Assembly (NCBI GenBank): GCA_032718475.1
Contig: JAUCBJ010006359.1
Location: 1-64,000 of the forward strand
Length of the DNA stretch: 64,000 nt
Direction: 5' to 3'
Source of the DNA: Nemertoderma westbladi
Taxonomy: Eukaryota > Animalia > Xenacoelomorpha
Below the pieces are notes generated by a model. It had not been told where the DNA came from. It did not search any database and was given only the letters and a program-made list of their open reading frames with translations. This document shows, piece by piece, positions 37,701-52,370 of the stretch. Made by a program: the position numbers and the translations under genes. Numbering within the stretch: position 1 is the stretch's first letter; each line of letters opens with the position of its first letter.

Positions 37701-40700
37701 CGTGTTGGGAATGGGTGGGTGGGAGGATGAGAAAAAACGTGCTGTGAATGGGTGGGTGGGAGGATGAGAAAAAACGTGTTGTGAATGGCTGGGTTGGAGG
37801 ATGAGAAAAAACGTGTTGGGAATGGGTGGGTTGGAGGATGAGAAAAACGTGTTGGGGATGGGCGGGTTGGCGGATGAGAAAAGACGTGTTGGGAATGGGT
37901 GGGTTGGAGGATGAGAAAAAACGTGTTGGGAATAGGTGGGCCGGAGGATGATAAAATCGTGTTGGGGATGGATGGGTTGGAGGATGAGAAAAAACATGTT
38001 GGGAATGGGTGGGTTGGAGGATGAGAAAAAACGTGTTGGGAATGGGTGGGTGGGAGGATGAGAAAAAACGTGTTGGGCATGGGTGGGTGGGAGGATGAGA
38101 AAAAACGTGTTGGGAATGGGTGGGTTGGAGGATGAGAAAAAACGTGTTGGGAATGGGTGGGTTGGAGGATGAGAAAAAACGTGTTGGGAATGGGTCGGTT
38201 GGAGGATGAGAAAAAACGTGTTGGGGATGGGTGGGTGGAAGGTTGAGAAAAAACGTGTTGGGAATGGGTAGGTCGGAGGATGAGAAAAAACGTGCTGGGG
38301 ATGGGTGGGTGGGAGGATGAGAAAAAACGTGTTGGGAATGGGTGGGCCGGAGGATGAGAAAAACGTGTTGGGGATGGGTGGGTTGGAGGATGAGAAAAAA
38401 ACGTGTTGGGAATGGGTAGGTGGGAGGATGAGAAAAAAACGTGTTGGGAATGGGTGGGTGGGAGGATAAGAAAAAACGTGTTGTGAATGGGTGGGTGGGA
38501 GGATGAGAAAAAACGTGTTGGGGATGGGTGGGTGGGAGGATGAGAAAAAAACGTGTTGGGAATGGGTGGGTGGGAGGATAAGAAAAAACGTGTTGTGAAT
38601 GGGTGGGTGGGAGGATGAGAAAAAACGTGTTGGGGATGGGTGGGCCGGAGGATGAGAAAAACGTGTTGGGGATGGGTGGGTGGGAGGATGAGAAAAAACG
38701 TGTTGGGAATGGGTGGGTGGGAGGATGAGAAAAAACGTGTTGGGAATGGGTGGGTGGAAGGATGAGAAAAAACGTGTTGGGAATAGGTGGGCCGGAGGAT
38801 GAGAAAACGTGTTGGGGATGGGTGGGTGGGAGGATGAGAAAAAACGTGTTGGGGATGGGTGGGTGGGAGGATGAGAAAAAAACGTGTTGGGAATGGGTGG
38901 GTGGGAGGATGAGAAAAAACGTGTTGTGAATGGGTGGGCCGGAGGATGAGAAAAAACGTGTTGGGAATGGGTGGGCGGGAGGATGAGAAAAAACGTGTTG
39001 GGAATGGGTGGGTGTGAGGATGAGAAAAACGTGTTGGGAATGGGTGGGTGGAAGGATGAGAAAACACGTGCTGGGAATGGGTGGGTGGGAGGATGAGAAA
39101 AAACGTGTTGTGAATGGGTGGGCCGGAGGGTGAGAAAAAACGTGTTGGGAATGGGTGGGTGGGAGGATGAGAAAAAACGTGTTGGGAATGGGTGGGTTGG
39201 AGGATGAGAAAAAACGTGTTGGGAATGGGTGGGTTGGAGGATGAGAAAAAACGTGTTGGGAATGGGTGGGTGGAAGGATGAGAAAAAATGTGTTGGGAAT
39301 GGGTGGGTGGGAGGATGAGAAAAAACGTGTTGGGAATGGGTTGGTGGAAGGATGAGAAAAAACGTGTTGGGAATGGGTGGGTGGGAGGATGAGAAAAAAC
39401 GTGTTGGGAATGGGTGGGTGGGAGGATGAGAAAAAACGTGTTGGGAATGGGTGGGTTGGAGGATGAGAAAAAACGTGTTGTGAATGGGTGGGTGGGAGGA
39501 TGAGAAAAAACGTGTTGGGGATGGGTGGGCCGGAGGATGAGAAAAACGTGTTGGGGATGGGTGGGTGGGAGGAATGAGAAAAACGTGTTGGGAATGGGTG
39601 GGTGGAAGGATGAGAAAAAACGTGTTGGGAATGGGTGGGTGGGAGGATGAGAAAATCGTGTTGGGGATGGATGGGTTGGAGGATGAGAAAAAACATGTTG
39701 GGAATGGGAGGGTTGGAGGATGAGAAAAAACGTGTTGGGAATGGGTGGGTGGGAGGATGAGAAAAAACGTGTTGGGGATGGGTGGGCCGGAGGATGAGAA
39801 AAACGTGTTGGGGATGGGTGGGTGGGAGGATGAGAAAAACGTGTTGGGAATGGGTGGGTGGAAGGATGAGAAAAAACGTTTTGGGAATGGGTGGGTGGGA
39901 GGATGAGAAAAAACGTGTTGGGCATGGGTGGGTGGGAGGATGAGAAAAAACGTGTTGGGAATGGGTGGGTTGGAGGATGAGAAAAAACGTGTTGGGAATG
40001 GGTGGGTTGGAGGATGAGAAAAAACGTGTTGGGAATGGGTCGGTTGGAGGATGAGAAAAAACGTGTTGGGGATGGGTGGGTGGAAGGTTGAGAAAAAACG
40101 TGTTGGGAATGGGTAGGTCGGAGGATGAGAAAAAACGTGCTGGGGATGGGTGGGTGGGAGGATGAGAAAAAACGTGTTGGGAATGGGTGGGCCGGAGGAT
40201 GAGAAAAACGTTTTGGGGATGGGTGGGTTGGAGGATGAGAAAAAAACGTGTTGGGAATGGGTGGGTGGGAGGATGAGAAAAAACGTGTTGGGAATGGGTG
40301 GGTGGGAGGATAAGAAAAAACGTGTTGTGAATGGGTGGGTGGGAGGATGAGAAAAAACGTGTTGGGGATGGGGGGTGGGAGGATGAGAAAAAAACGTGTT
40401 GGGAATGGGTGGGTGGGAGGATAAGAAAAAACGTGTTGTGAATGGGTGGGTGGGAGGATGAGAAAAAACGTGTTGGGGATGGGTGGGCCGGAGGATGAGA
40501 AAAACGTGTTGGGGATGGGTGGGTGGGAGGATGAGAAAAACGTGTTGGGAATGGGTGGGTGGAAGGATGAGAAAAAACGTGTTGGGAATGGGTGGGTGGG
40601 AGGATGAGAAAAAACGTGTTGGGAATAGGTGGGCCGGAGGATGAGAAAACGTGTTGGGGATGGGTGGGTTGGAGGATGAGAAAAAAACGTGTTGGGAATG

Positions 40701-43700
40701 GGTGGGTGGGAGGATGAGAAAAAACGTGCTGTGAATGGGTGGGTGGGAGGATGAGAAAAAACGTGTTGTGAATGGCTGGGTTGGAGGATGAGAAAAAACG
40801 TGTTGGGAATGGGTGGGTTGGAGGATGAGAAAAACGTGTTGGGGATGGGCGGGTTGGAGGATGAGAAAAAACGTGTTGGGAATGGGTGGGTTGGAGGATG
40901 AGAAAAAACGTGTTGGGAATAGGTGGGCCGGAGGATGATAAAATCGTGTTGGGGATGGATGGGTTGGAGGATGAGAAAAAACATGTTGGGAATGGGTGGG
41001 TTGGAGGATGAGAAAAAACGTGTTGGGAATGGGTGGGTGGGAGGATGAGAAAAAACGTGTTGGGCATGGGTGGGTGGGAGGATGAGAAAAAACGTGTTGG
41101 GAATGGGTGGGTTGGAGGATGAGAAAAAACGTGTTGGGAATGGGTGGGTTGGAGGATGAGAAAAAACGTGTTGGGAATGGGTCGGTTGGAGGATGAGAAA
41201 AAACGTGTTGGGGATGGGTGGGTGGAAGGTTGAGAAAAAACGTGTTGGGAATGGGTAGGTCGGAGGATGAGAAAAAACGTGCTGGGGATGGGTGGGTGGG
41301 AGGATGAGAAAAAACGTGTTGGGAATGGGTGGGCCGGAGGATGAGAAAAACGTGTTGGGGATGGGTGGGTTGGAGGATGAGAAAAAAACGTGTTGGGAAT
41401 GGGTAGGTGGGAGGATGAGAAAAAAACGTGTTGGGAATGGGTGGGTGGGAGGATAAGAAAAAACGTGTTGTGAATGGGTGGGTGGGAGGATGAGAAAAAA
41501 CGTGTTGGGGATGGGTGGGTGGGAGGATGAGAAAAAAACGTGTTGGGAATGGGTGGGTGGGAGGATAAGAAAAAACGTGTTGTGAATGGGTGGGTGGGAG
41601 GATGAGAAAAAACGTGTTGGGAATGGGTGGGCCGGAGGATGAGAAAAACGTGTTGGGGATGGGTGGGTGGGAGGATGAGAAAAAACGTGTTGGGAATGGG
41701 TGGGTGGGAGGATGAGAAAAAACGTGTTGGGAATGGGTGGGTGGAAGGATGAGAAAAAACGTGTTGGGAATAGGTGGGCCGGAGGATGAGAAAACGTGTT
41801 GGGGATGGGTGGGTGGGAGGATGAGAAAAAACGTGTTGGGGATGGGTGGGTGGGAGGATGAGAAAAAAACGTGTTGGGAATGGGTGGGTGGGAGGATGAG
41901 AAAAAACGTGTTGTGAATGGGTGGGCCGGAGGATGAGAAAAAACGTGTTGGGAATGGGTGGGCGGGAGGATGAGAAAAAACGTGTTGGGAATGGGTGGGT
42001 GTGAGGATGAGAAAAACGTGTTGGGAATGGGTGGGTGGAAGGATGAGAAAACACGTGCTGGGAATGGGTGGGTGGGAGGATGAGAAAAAACGTGTTGTGA
42101 ATGGGTGGGCCGGAGGGTGAGAAAAAACGTGTTGGGAATGGGTGGGTGGGAGGATGAGAAAAAACGTGTTGGGAATGGGTGGGTTGGAGGATGAGAAAAA
42201 ACGTGTTGGGAATGGGTGGGTTGGAGGATGAGAAAAAACGTGTTGGGAATGGGTGGGTGGAAGGATGAGAAAAAATGTGTTGGGAATGGGTGGGTGGGAG
42301 GATGAGAAAAAACGTGTTGGGAATGGGTTGGTGGAAGGATGAGAAAAAACGTGTTGGGAATGGGTGGGTGGGAGGATGAGAAAAAACGTGTTGGGAATGG
42401 GTGGGTGGGAGGATGAGAAAAAACGTGTTGGGAATGGGTGGGCCGGAGGATGAGAAAAACGTGTTGGGGATGGGTGGGTGGGACGATGAGAAAAACGTGT
42501 TGGGAATGGGCGGGTGGGAGGATGAGAAAAAACGTGTTGGGAATGGGTGGGCCGGAGGATGAGAAAAACGTGTTGGGGATGGGTAGGTGGGAGGATGAGA
42601 AAAACGTGTTGGGAATGGGTGGGCCGGAGGATGAGAAAAACGTGTTGGGAATGGGTGGGTGGAAGGATGAGAAAAAACGTGTTGGGAATGGGTGGGTGGG
42701 AGGATGAGAAAAAACGTGTTGGGAATAGGTGGGCCGGAGGATGAGAAAACGTGTTGGGGATGGGTGGGTTGGAGGATGAGAAAAAAACGTGTTGGGAATG
42801 GGTGGGTGGGAGGATGAGAAAAAACGTGCTGTGAATGGGTGGGTGGGAGGATGAGAAAAAACGTGTTGTGAATGGCTGGGTTGGAGGATGAGAAAAAACG
42901 TGTTGGGAATGGGTGGGTTGGAGGATGAGAAAAACGTGTTGGGGATGGGCGGGTTGGAGGATGAGAAAAAACGTGTTGGGAATGGGTGGGTTGGAGGATG
43001 AGAAAAAACGTGTTGGGAATAGGTGGGCCGGAGGATGATAAAATCGTGTTGGGGATGGATGGGTTGGAGGATGAGAAAAAACATGTTGGGAATGGGTGGG
43101 TTGGAGGATGAGAAAAAACGTGTTGGGAATGGGTGGGTGGGAGGATGAGAAAAAACGTGTTGGGCATGGGTGGGTGGGAGGATGAGAAAAAACGTGTTGG
43201 GAATGGGTGGGTTGGAGGATGAGAAAAAACGTGTTGGGAATGGGTGGGTTGGAGGATGAGAAAAAACGTGTTGGGAATGGGTCGGTTGGAGGATGAGAAA
43301 AAACGTGTTGGGGATGGGTGGGTGGAAGGTTGAGAAAAAACGTGTTGGGAATGGGTAGGTCGGAGGATGAGAAAAAACGTGCTGGGGATGGGTGGGTGGG
43401 ACGATGAGAAAAAACGTGTTGGGAATGGGTGGGCCGGAGGATGAGAAAAACGTGTTGGGGATGGGTGGGTTGGAGGATGAGAAAAAAACGTGTTGGGAAT
43501 GGGTAGGTGGGAGGATGAGAAAAAAACGTGTTGGGAATGGGTGGGTGGGAGGATAAGAAAAAACGTGTTGTGAATGGGTGGGTGGGAGGATGAGAAAAAA
43601 CGTGTTGGGGATGGGTGGGTGGGAGGATGAGAAAAAAACGTGTTGGGAATGGGTGGGTGGGAGGATAAGAAAAAACGTGTTGTGAATGGGTGGGTGGGAG

Positions 43701-46211
43701 GATGAGAAAAAACGTGTTGGGGATGGGTGGGCCGGAGGATGAGAAAAACGTGTTGGGGATGGGTGGGTGGGAGGATGAGAAAAAACGTGTTGGGAATGGG
43801 TGGGTGGGAGGATGAGAAAAAACGTGTTGGGAATGGGTGGGTGGAAGGATGAGAAAAAACGTGTTGGGAATAGGTGGGCCGGAGGATGAGAAAACGTGTT
43901 GGGGATGGGTGGGTGGGAGGAAGAGAAAAAACGTGTTGGGGATGGGTGGGTGGGAGGATGAGAAAAAAACGTGTTGGGAATGGGTGGGTGGGAGGATAAG
44001 AAAAAACGTGTTGTGAATGGGTGGGTGGGAGGATGAGAAAACGTGTTGGGGATGGGTGGGTGGGAGGATGAGAAAAAACGTGTTGGGGATGGGTGGGTGG
44101 GAGGATGAGAAAAAAACGTGTTGGGAATGGGTGGGTGGGAGGATAAGAAAAAACGTGTTGTGAATGGGTGGGTGGGAGGATGAGAAAAAACGTGTTGGGG
44201 ATGGGTGGGCCGGAGGATGAGAAAAACGTGTTGGGGATGGGTGGGTGGGAGGATGAGAAAAACGTGTTGGGAATGGGTGGGTGGAAGGATGAGAAAAAAC
44301 GTGTTGGGAATGGGTGGGTGGGAGGATGAGAAAAAACGTGTTGGGAATAGGTGGGCCGGAGGATGAGAAAACGTGTTGGGGATGGGTGGGTTGGAGGATG
44401 AGAAAAAACGTGTTGGGAATGGGTGGGTGGGAGGATGAGAAAAAACGTGTTGTGAATGGGTAGGTGGGAGGATGAGAAAAAACGTGTTGTGAATGGGTGG
44501 GCCGGAGGATGAGAAAACGTGTTGGGGATGGGTGGGTTGGAGGATGAGAAAATCGTGTTGGGAATGGGTGGGTGGAAGGATGAGAAAACACGTGCTGGGA
44601 ATGGGTGGGTGGGAGGATGAGAAAAAACGTGTTGTGAATGGGTGGGCCGGAGGATGAGAAAACGTGTTGGGGATGGGTGGGTTGGAGGATGAGAAAAAAC
44701 GTGTTGGGAATGGGTGGGTGGGAGGATGAGAAAAAACGTGTTGTGAATGGGTGGGCCGGAGGATGAGAAAAAACGTGTTGGGAATGGGTGGGCGGGAGGA
44801 TGAGAAAAAACGTGTTGGGAATGGGTGGGTGTGAGGATGAGAAAAACGTGTTGGGAATGGGTGGGTGGAAGGATGAGAAAACACGTGCTGGGAATGGGTG
44901 GGTGGGAGGATGAGAAAAAACGTGTTGTGAATGGGTGGGCCGGAGGGTGAGAAAAAACGTGTTGGGAATGGGTGGGTGGGAGGATGAGAAAAAACGTGTT
45001 GGGAATGGGTGGGTTGGAGGATGAGAAAAAACGTGTTGGGAATGGGTGGGTTGGAGGATGAGAAAAAACGTGTTGGGAATGGGTGGGTGGAAGGATGAGA
45101 AAAAATGTGTTGGGAATGGGTGGGTGGGAGGATGAGAAAAAACGTGTTGGGAATGGGTTGGTGGAAGGATGAGAAAAAACGTGTTGGGAATGGGTGGGTG
45201 GGAGGATGAGAAAAAACGTGTTGGGAATGGGTGGGTGGGAGGATGAGAAAAAACGTGTTGGGAATGGGTGGGCCGGAGGATGAGAAAAACGTGTTGGGGA
45301 TGGGTGGGTGGGACGATGAGAAAAACGTGTTGGGAATGGGCGGGTGGGAGGATGAGAAAAAACGTGTTGGGAATGGGTGGGCCGGAGGATGAGAAAAACG
45401 TGTTGGGGATGGGTAGGTGGGAGGATGAGAAAAACGTGTTGGGAATGGGTGGGCCGGAGGATGAGAAAAACGTGTTGGGAATGGGTGGGTGGAAGGATGA
45501 GAAAACACGTGCTGGGAATGGGTGGGTGGGAGGATGAGAAAAAACGTGTTGTGAATGGGTGGGCCGGAGGATGAGAAAACGTGTTGGGGATGGGTGGGTT
45601 GGAGGATGAGAAAAAAACGTGTTGTGAATGGGTGGGTGGGAGGATGAGAAAAAACGTGTTGTGAATGGGTGGGTGGGAGGATGAGAAAAAACGTGTTGTG
45701 AATGGGTGGGGCGGAGGATGAGAAAAAACGTGTTGGGAATGGGTGGGCGGGAGGATGAGAAAAAACGTGTTGGGAATGGGTGGGTGTGAGGATGAGAAAA
45801 ACGTGTTGGGAATGGGTGGGTGGAAGGATGAGAAAAAACGTGTTGGGAATGGGTGGGTGGAAGGATGAGAAAAAATGTGTTGGGAATGGGTGGGTGGGAG
45901 GATGAGAAAAAACGTGTTGGGAATGGGTTGGTGGAAGGATGAGAAAAAAGGTGTTGGGAATGGGTGGGTGGGAGGATGAGAAAAAACGTGTTGGGAATGG
46001 GTGGGTGGGAGGATGAGAAAAAAACGTGTTGGGAACGGGTGGCTAGGAGGATGAAAAAAAAAACGTGTTGGAAATAGGTGGGCCGGAGGATGAGAAAAAC
46101 GTGTTGGGGATGGGTGGGTGGGAGGATGAGAAAAAACGTGTTGGGAATGGGTGGGTGGGAGGATGAGAAAAAACGTGTTGGGAATGGGTGGGTGGGAGGA
46201 TGAGAAAAAAC
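31775..46211. repeat. 37-bp (36-38) G-rich satellite with higher-order repeats
   Basis: aggatgagaaaaaacgtgttgggaatgggtgggtggg, about 390 units by length; variant blocks recur at ~1.33, ~2.83 and ~2.99 kb spacing. Confidence 0.97.
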
Positions 46212-46264
46212 TTCGAAAAATTTCAGTTCTGCAATGTTGTGTATTTATTAAATATAATAAAAGC

Positions 46265-49200
46265 CACTAATTGAATGCCACCCCAAATTAGATGATTTCA
46301 CACCAATTATTTTTTTATTGTTTATTTCACACCATTATTTAGCACCAAAAATATTTTTTTTGTAGCACCAATTTACATTCCCCATTTTGAATATCTCTCT
46401 CACCAAAAACAATTATTCATCCCCCAAAAACAATAATTCATCCCCAAAAACTATTATTCACCACCCCCCCCCCCCCTCCCAAAAAAAAATAAACAATTAT
46501 CCATCACCCAAAAACAATTATTCATCCCCCAAAAACAAAAACTCATTCTCCCAAAAACAATTATTCATACCCTAAAATCAATTATTCAATCTCCCTAAAA
46601 TAATTACTTGTCAACCAAAAACAATTCTTCCAGCACCAAATATGTTATGAAAAATTTAATTATAGAAAATCGTTCACTATTTATTTCCATAAATCAAACA
46701 AAATGTTTAATCATATTACCGACGATCCTCGGGTGAGTACAAAACAAAGACCCAATTATAAAAACCTGCATAATCTTGTAAGATGTTAACTTTCTTTTCT
46801 TGTTTTGGACCCTCCAACACGCTTCTGTAACCTGCTCCTTTACTAACCTGCTCCAGTATTTATTTTGGGGGATTATGTATTTATTTTGGGGGATTATGTA
46901 TTTATTTTGGGGGATTATGTATTTATTTTGGGGGATTATGTATTTATTTTGGGGGATTATGTATTTAGTTTGGGGGATTATGTATTTATTTTGGAGGATT
47001 ATGTATTTATTTTGGGGGATTATGTATTTATTTTGGGGGATTATGTATTTATTTTGGAGGATTATGTATTTATTTTGGGGGATTATGTATTTATTTTGGG
47101 GGATTATGTATTTATTTTGGGGGATTATGTATTTATTTTGGGGGATTATGTATTTATTTTGTGGGATTATGTATTTATTTTGGGGGATTATGTATTTATT
47201 TTGGGGGATTATGTATTTATTTTGGGGGATTATGTATTTATTTTGGAGGATTATGTATTTATTTTGGGGGATTATGTATTTATTTTGGGGGATTATGAAT
47301 TTATTTTGGGGGATTATGTATTTATTTTGGGGGATTATGTATTTATTTTGGGGGATTATGTATTTATTTTGGGGGATTATGTATTTATTTTGGGGGATTA
47401 TGTATTTATTTTGGAGGATTATGTATTTATTTTGGGGGATTATGTATTTATTTTGGGGGATTATGTATTTATTTTGGGGGATTATGAATTTATTTTGGGG
47501 GATTATGTATTTATTTTGGGGGATTATGTATTTATTTTGGGGGATTATGTATTTATTTTGGGGGATTATGTATTTATTTTGGAGGATTATGTATTTATTT
47601 TGGGGGATTATGTATTTATTTTGGGGGATTATGAATTTATTTTGGGGGATTATGTATTTATTTTGGGGGATTATGTATTTATTTTGGGGGATTATGTATT
47701 TATTTTGGAGGATTATGTATTTATTTTGGGGGATTATGTATTTATTTTGGGGGATTATGTATTTATTTTGGGGGATTATGTATTTATTTTGGGGGATTAT
47801 GTATTTATTTTGGGGGATTATGTATTTATTTTGGGGGATTATGTATTTATTTTGGGGGATTATGTATTTATTTTGGGGGATTATGTATTTATTTTGGAGG
47901 ATTATGTATTTATTTTGGGGGATTATGTATTTATTTTGGGGGATTATGTATTTATTTTGGGGGATTATGTATTTATTTTGGGGGATTATGTATTTATTTT
48001 GGGGGATTATGTATTTATTTTGGGGGATTATGTATTTATTTTGGGGGATTATGTATTTATTTTGGGGGATTATGTATTTATTTTGGGGGATTATGTATTT
48101 ATTTTGGGGGATTATGTATTTATTTTGTGGGATTATGTATTTATTTTGGGGGATTATGTATTTATTTTGGGGGATTATGTATTTATTTTGGGGGATTATG
48201 TATTTATTTTGGAGGATTATGTATTTATTTTGGGGGATTATGTATTTATTTTGGGGGATTATGTATTTATTTTGGGGGATTATGTATTTATTTTGGGGGA
48301 TTATGTATTTATTTTGGGGGATTATGTATTTATTTTGGGGGATTATGTATTTATTTTGGAGGATTATGTATTTATTTTGGGGGATTATGTATTTATTTTG
48401 GGGGATTATGTATTTATTTTGGGGGATTATGTATTTATTTTGGGGGATTATGTATTTATTTTGTGGGATTATGTATTTATTTTGGGGGATTATGTATTTA
48501 TTTTGGGGGATTATGTATTTATTTTGGGGGATTATGTATTTATTTTGGAGGATTATGTATTTATTTTGGGGGATTATGTATTTATTTTGGGGGATTATGA
48601 ATTTATTTTGGGGGATTATGTATTTATTTTGGGGGATTATGTATTTATTTTGGGGGATTATGTATTTATTTTGGGGGATTATGTATTTATTTTGGAGGAT
48701 TATGTATTTATTTTGGGGGATTATGTATTTATTTTGGGGGATTATGAATTTATTTTGGGGGATTATGTATTTATTTTGGGGGATTATGTATTTATTTTGG
48801 GGGATTATGTATTTATTTTGGAGGATTATGTATTTATTTTGGGGGATTATGTATTTATTTTGGGGGATTATGTATTTATTTTGGGGGATTATGTATTTAT
48901 TTTGGGGGATTATGTATTTATTTTGTGGGATTATGTATTTATTTTGGGGGATTATGTATTTATTTTGGGGGATTATGTATTTATTTTGGGGGATTATGTA
49001 TTTATTTTGGAGGATTATGTATTTATTTTGGGGGATTATGTATTTATTTTGGGGGATTATGTATTTATTTTGGGGGATTATGTATTTATTTTGGGGGATT
49101 ATGTATTTATTTTGGGGGATTATGTATTTATTTTGGGGGATTATGTATTTATTTTGGGGGATTATGTATTTATTTTGGGGGATTATGTATTTATTTTGGA

Positions 49201-52200
49201 GGATTATGTATTTATTTTGGGGGATTATGTATTTATTTTGGGGGATTATGAATTTATTTTGGGGGATTATGTATTTATTTTGGGGGATTATGTATTTATT
49301 TTGGGGGATTATGTATTTATTTTGTGGGATTATGTATTTATTTTGGGGGATTATGTATTTATTTTGGGGGATTATGTATTTATTTTGGGGGATTATGTAT
49401 TTATTTTGGGGGATTATGTATTTATTTTGGGGGATTATGTATTTATTTTGGGGGATTATGTATTTATTTTGGAGGATTATGTATTTATTTTGGGGGATTA
49501 TGTATTTATTTTGGGGGATTATGTATTTATTTTGGGGGATTATGTATTTATTTTGGGGGATTATGTATTTATTTTGGGGGATTATGTATTTATTTTGGGG
49601 GATTATGTATTTATTTTGGGGGATTATGTATTTATTTTGGGGGATTATGTATTTATTTTGGAGGATTATGTATTTATTTTGGGGGATTATGTATTTATTT
49701 TGGGGGATTATGTATTTATTTTGGGGGATTATGTATTTATTTTGGGGGATTATGTATTTATTTTGGGGGATTATGTATTTATTTTGGGGGATTATGTATT
49801 TATTTTGGGGGATTATGTATTTATTTTGGGGGATTATGTATTTATTTTGGGGGATTATGTATTTATTTTGGAGGATTATGTATTTATTTTGGGGGATTAT
49901 GTATTTATTTTGGGGGATTATGTATTTATTTTGGGGGATTATGTATTTATTTTGGGGGATTATGTATTTATTTTGTGGGATTATGTATTTATTTTGGGGG
50001 ATTATGTATTTATTTTGGGGGATTATGTATTTATTTTGGGGGATTATGTATTTATTTTGGAGGATTATGTATTTATTTTGTGGGATTATGTATTTATTTT
50101 GGGGGATTATGTATTTATTTTGGGGGATTATGTATTTATTTTGGGGGATTATGTATTTATTTTGGGGGATTATGTATTTATTTTGGGGGATTATGTATTT
50201 ATTTTGGGGGATTATGTATTTATTTTGGGGGATTATGTATTTATTTTGGGGGATTATGTATTTATTTTGGGGGATTATGTATTTATTTTGGGGGATTATG
50301 TATTTATTTTGGGGGATTATGTATTTATTTTGGGGGATTATGTATTTATTTTGGGGGATTATGTATTTATTTTGGGGGATTATGTATTTATTTTGGGGGA
50401 TTATGTATTTATTTTGGGGGATTATGTATTTATTTTGGGGGATTATGTATTTATTTTGGGGGATTATGTATTTATTTTGGGGGATTATGTATTTATTTTG
50501 GGGGAATATGTATTTATTTTGGGGGAATATGTACTTATTTTGGGGGAATATGTACTTATTTTGGGGGAATATGTATATATTTTGGGGGAATATGTATATA
50601 TTTTGGGGGAATATGTACTTATTTTGGGGGAATATGTATATATTTTGGGGGAATATGTATATATTTTGGGGGAATATGTATTTATTTTAGGGGAATATGT
50701 ATTTATTTTGGGGGAATATGTATTTATTTTGGGGGAATATGTATTTATTTTGGGGGAATATGTAATTATTTTGGGGGAATATGTATTTATTTTTTGGGAT
50801 TAAATATGGTATTTATTTTGGGGGATTATGTACAGTATTTATTTTGGGGGATTATGTATTTATTTTGGGAAAATTTGTATTTATTTTGGGGGAATATGTA
50901 TTTATTTTGGGGGATTATGTATTTATTTTGTGGGATTATGTATTTATTTTGGGGGATTATGTATTTATTTTGGGGGATTATGTATTTATTTTGGGGGATT
51001 ATGTATTTATTTTGGAGGATTATGTATTTATTTTGGGGGATTATGTATTTATTTTGGGGGATTATGTATTTATTTTGGGGGATTATGTATTTATTTTGGG
51101 GGATTATGTATTTATTTTGGGGGATTATGTATTTATTTTGGGGGATTATGTATTTATTTTGGGGGATTATGTATTTATTTTGGGGGATTATGTATTTATT
51201 TTGGAGGATTATGTATTTATTTTGGGGGATTATGTATTTATTTTGGGGGATTATGTATTTATTTTGGGGGATTATGTATTTATTTTGGGGGATTATGTAT
51301 TTATTTTGGGGGATTATGTATTTATTTTGGGGATTATGTATTTATTTTGGGGGATTATGTATTTATTTTGGGGGATTATGTATTTATTTTGGGGGATTAT
51401 GTATTTATTTTGGGGGATTATGTATTTATTTTGGGGGATTATGTATTTATTTTGGGGGATTATGTATTTATTTTGGGGGATTATGTATTTATTTTGGGGG
51501 ATTATGTATTTATTTTGGGGGATTATGTATTTATTTTGGGGGATTATGTATTTATTTTGGGGGATTATGTATTTATTTTGGGGGATTATGTATTTATTTT
51601 GGGGGATTATGTATTTATTTTGGGGGATTATGTATTTATTTTGGGGGATTATGTATTTATTTTGGAGGATTATGTATTTATTTTGGGGGATTATGTATTT
51701 ATTTTGGGGGATTATGTATTTATTTTGGGGATTATGTATTTATTTTGGGGGATTATGTATTTATTTTGGGGGATTATGTATTTATTTTGGGGGATTATGT
51801 ATTTATTTTGGGGGATTATGTATTTATTTTGGGGGATTATGTATTTATTTTGGGGGATTATGTATTTATTTTGGGGGATTATGTATTTATTTTGGGGGAT
51901 TATGTATTTATTTTGGGGGATTATGTATTTATTTTGGGGGATTATGTATTTATTTTGGGGGATTATGTATTTATTTTGGGGGATTATGTATTTATTTTGG
52001 GGGATTATGTATTTATTTTGGGGGATTATGTATTTATTTTGGGGGATTATGTATTTATTTTGGGGGATTATGTATTTATTTTGGGGGATTATGTATTTAT
52101 TTTGGGGGATTATGTATTTATTTTGGGGATTTGTCACATTTATTTTGGGAAAATTTGTATTTATTTCTGGGGGTTTTGTCTTTATTTATTTTGGTGTGAA

Positions 52201-52370
52201 TAATTGTTTTTGGTGTTGAAATATTTATTTTGGTTTTTGAATAATTTATTTGGCGTGACTTTATTTTATTTGGTGTTGAATAATTTTTTTTGGGGTCACA
52301 TTATTTAAATTGATGTAATATAATTTTTTTGGTGAAATTTTCATCGATTTTGGTATGACTTTAATTGGTA
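46265..52370. mobile_element. Foldback-like element whose right-arm subrepeat is expanded
   Basis: The left arm (46265-46640) has C-rich ccccaaaaacaattattcat subrepeats. The right side has the reverse-complement type (ttggtgtgaataattgtttt), and the termini are weakly inverted. Confidence 0.5.
46856..52135. repeat. 21-bp satellite
   Basis: gggggattatgtatttatttt, about 250 highly homogeneous copies, with a more diverged patch at ~50500-50900. Confidence 0.97.

Noticed and set aside
31643-45508. Giant minus-strand ORFs (4621, 3817, 2761 aa)
   Set aside because: All three frames give the same cyclic peptide because the C-rich strand of the 37-bp satellite lacks stops; frequent A-tract indels show no frame constraint.
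46800-52219. 1296/1312/959-aa ORFs (GIMYLFW, GDYVFIL, GGLCIYF repeats)
   Set aside because: Translation of a 21-bp satellite; open in all frames and shifting between them.
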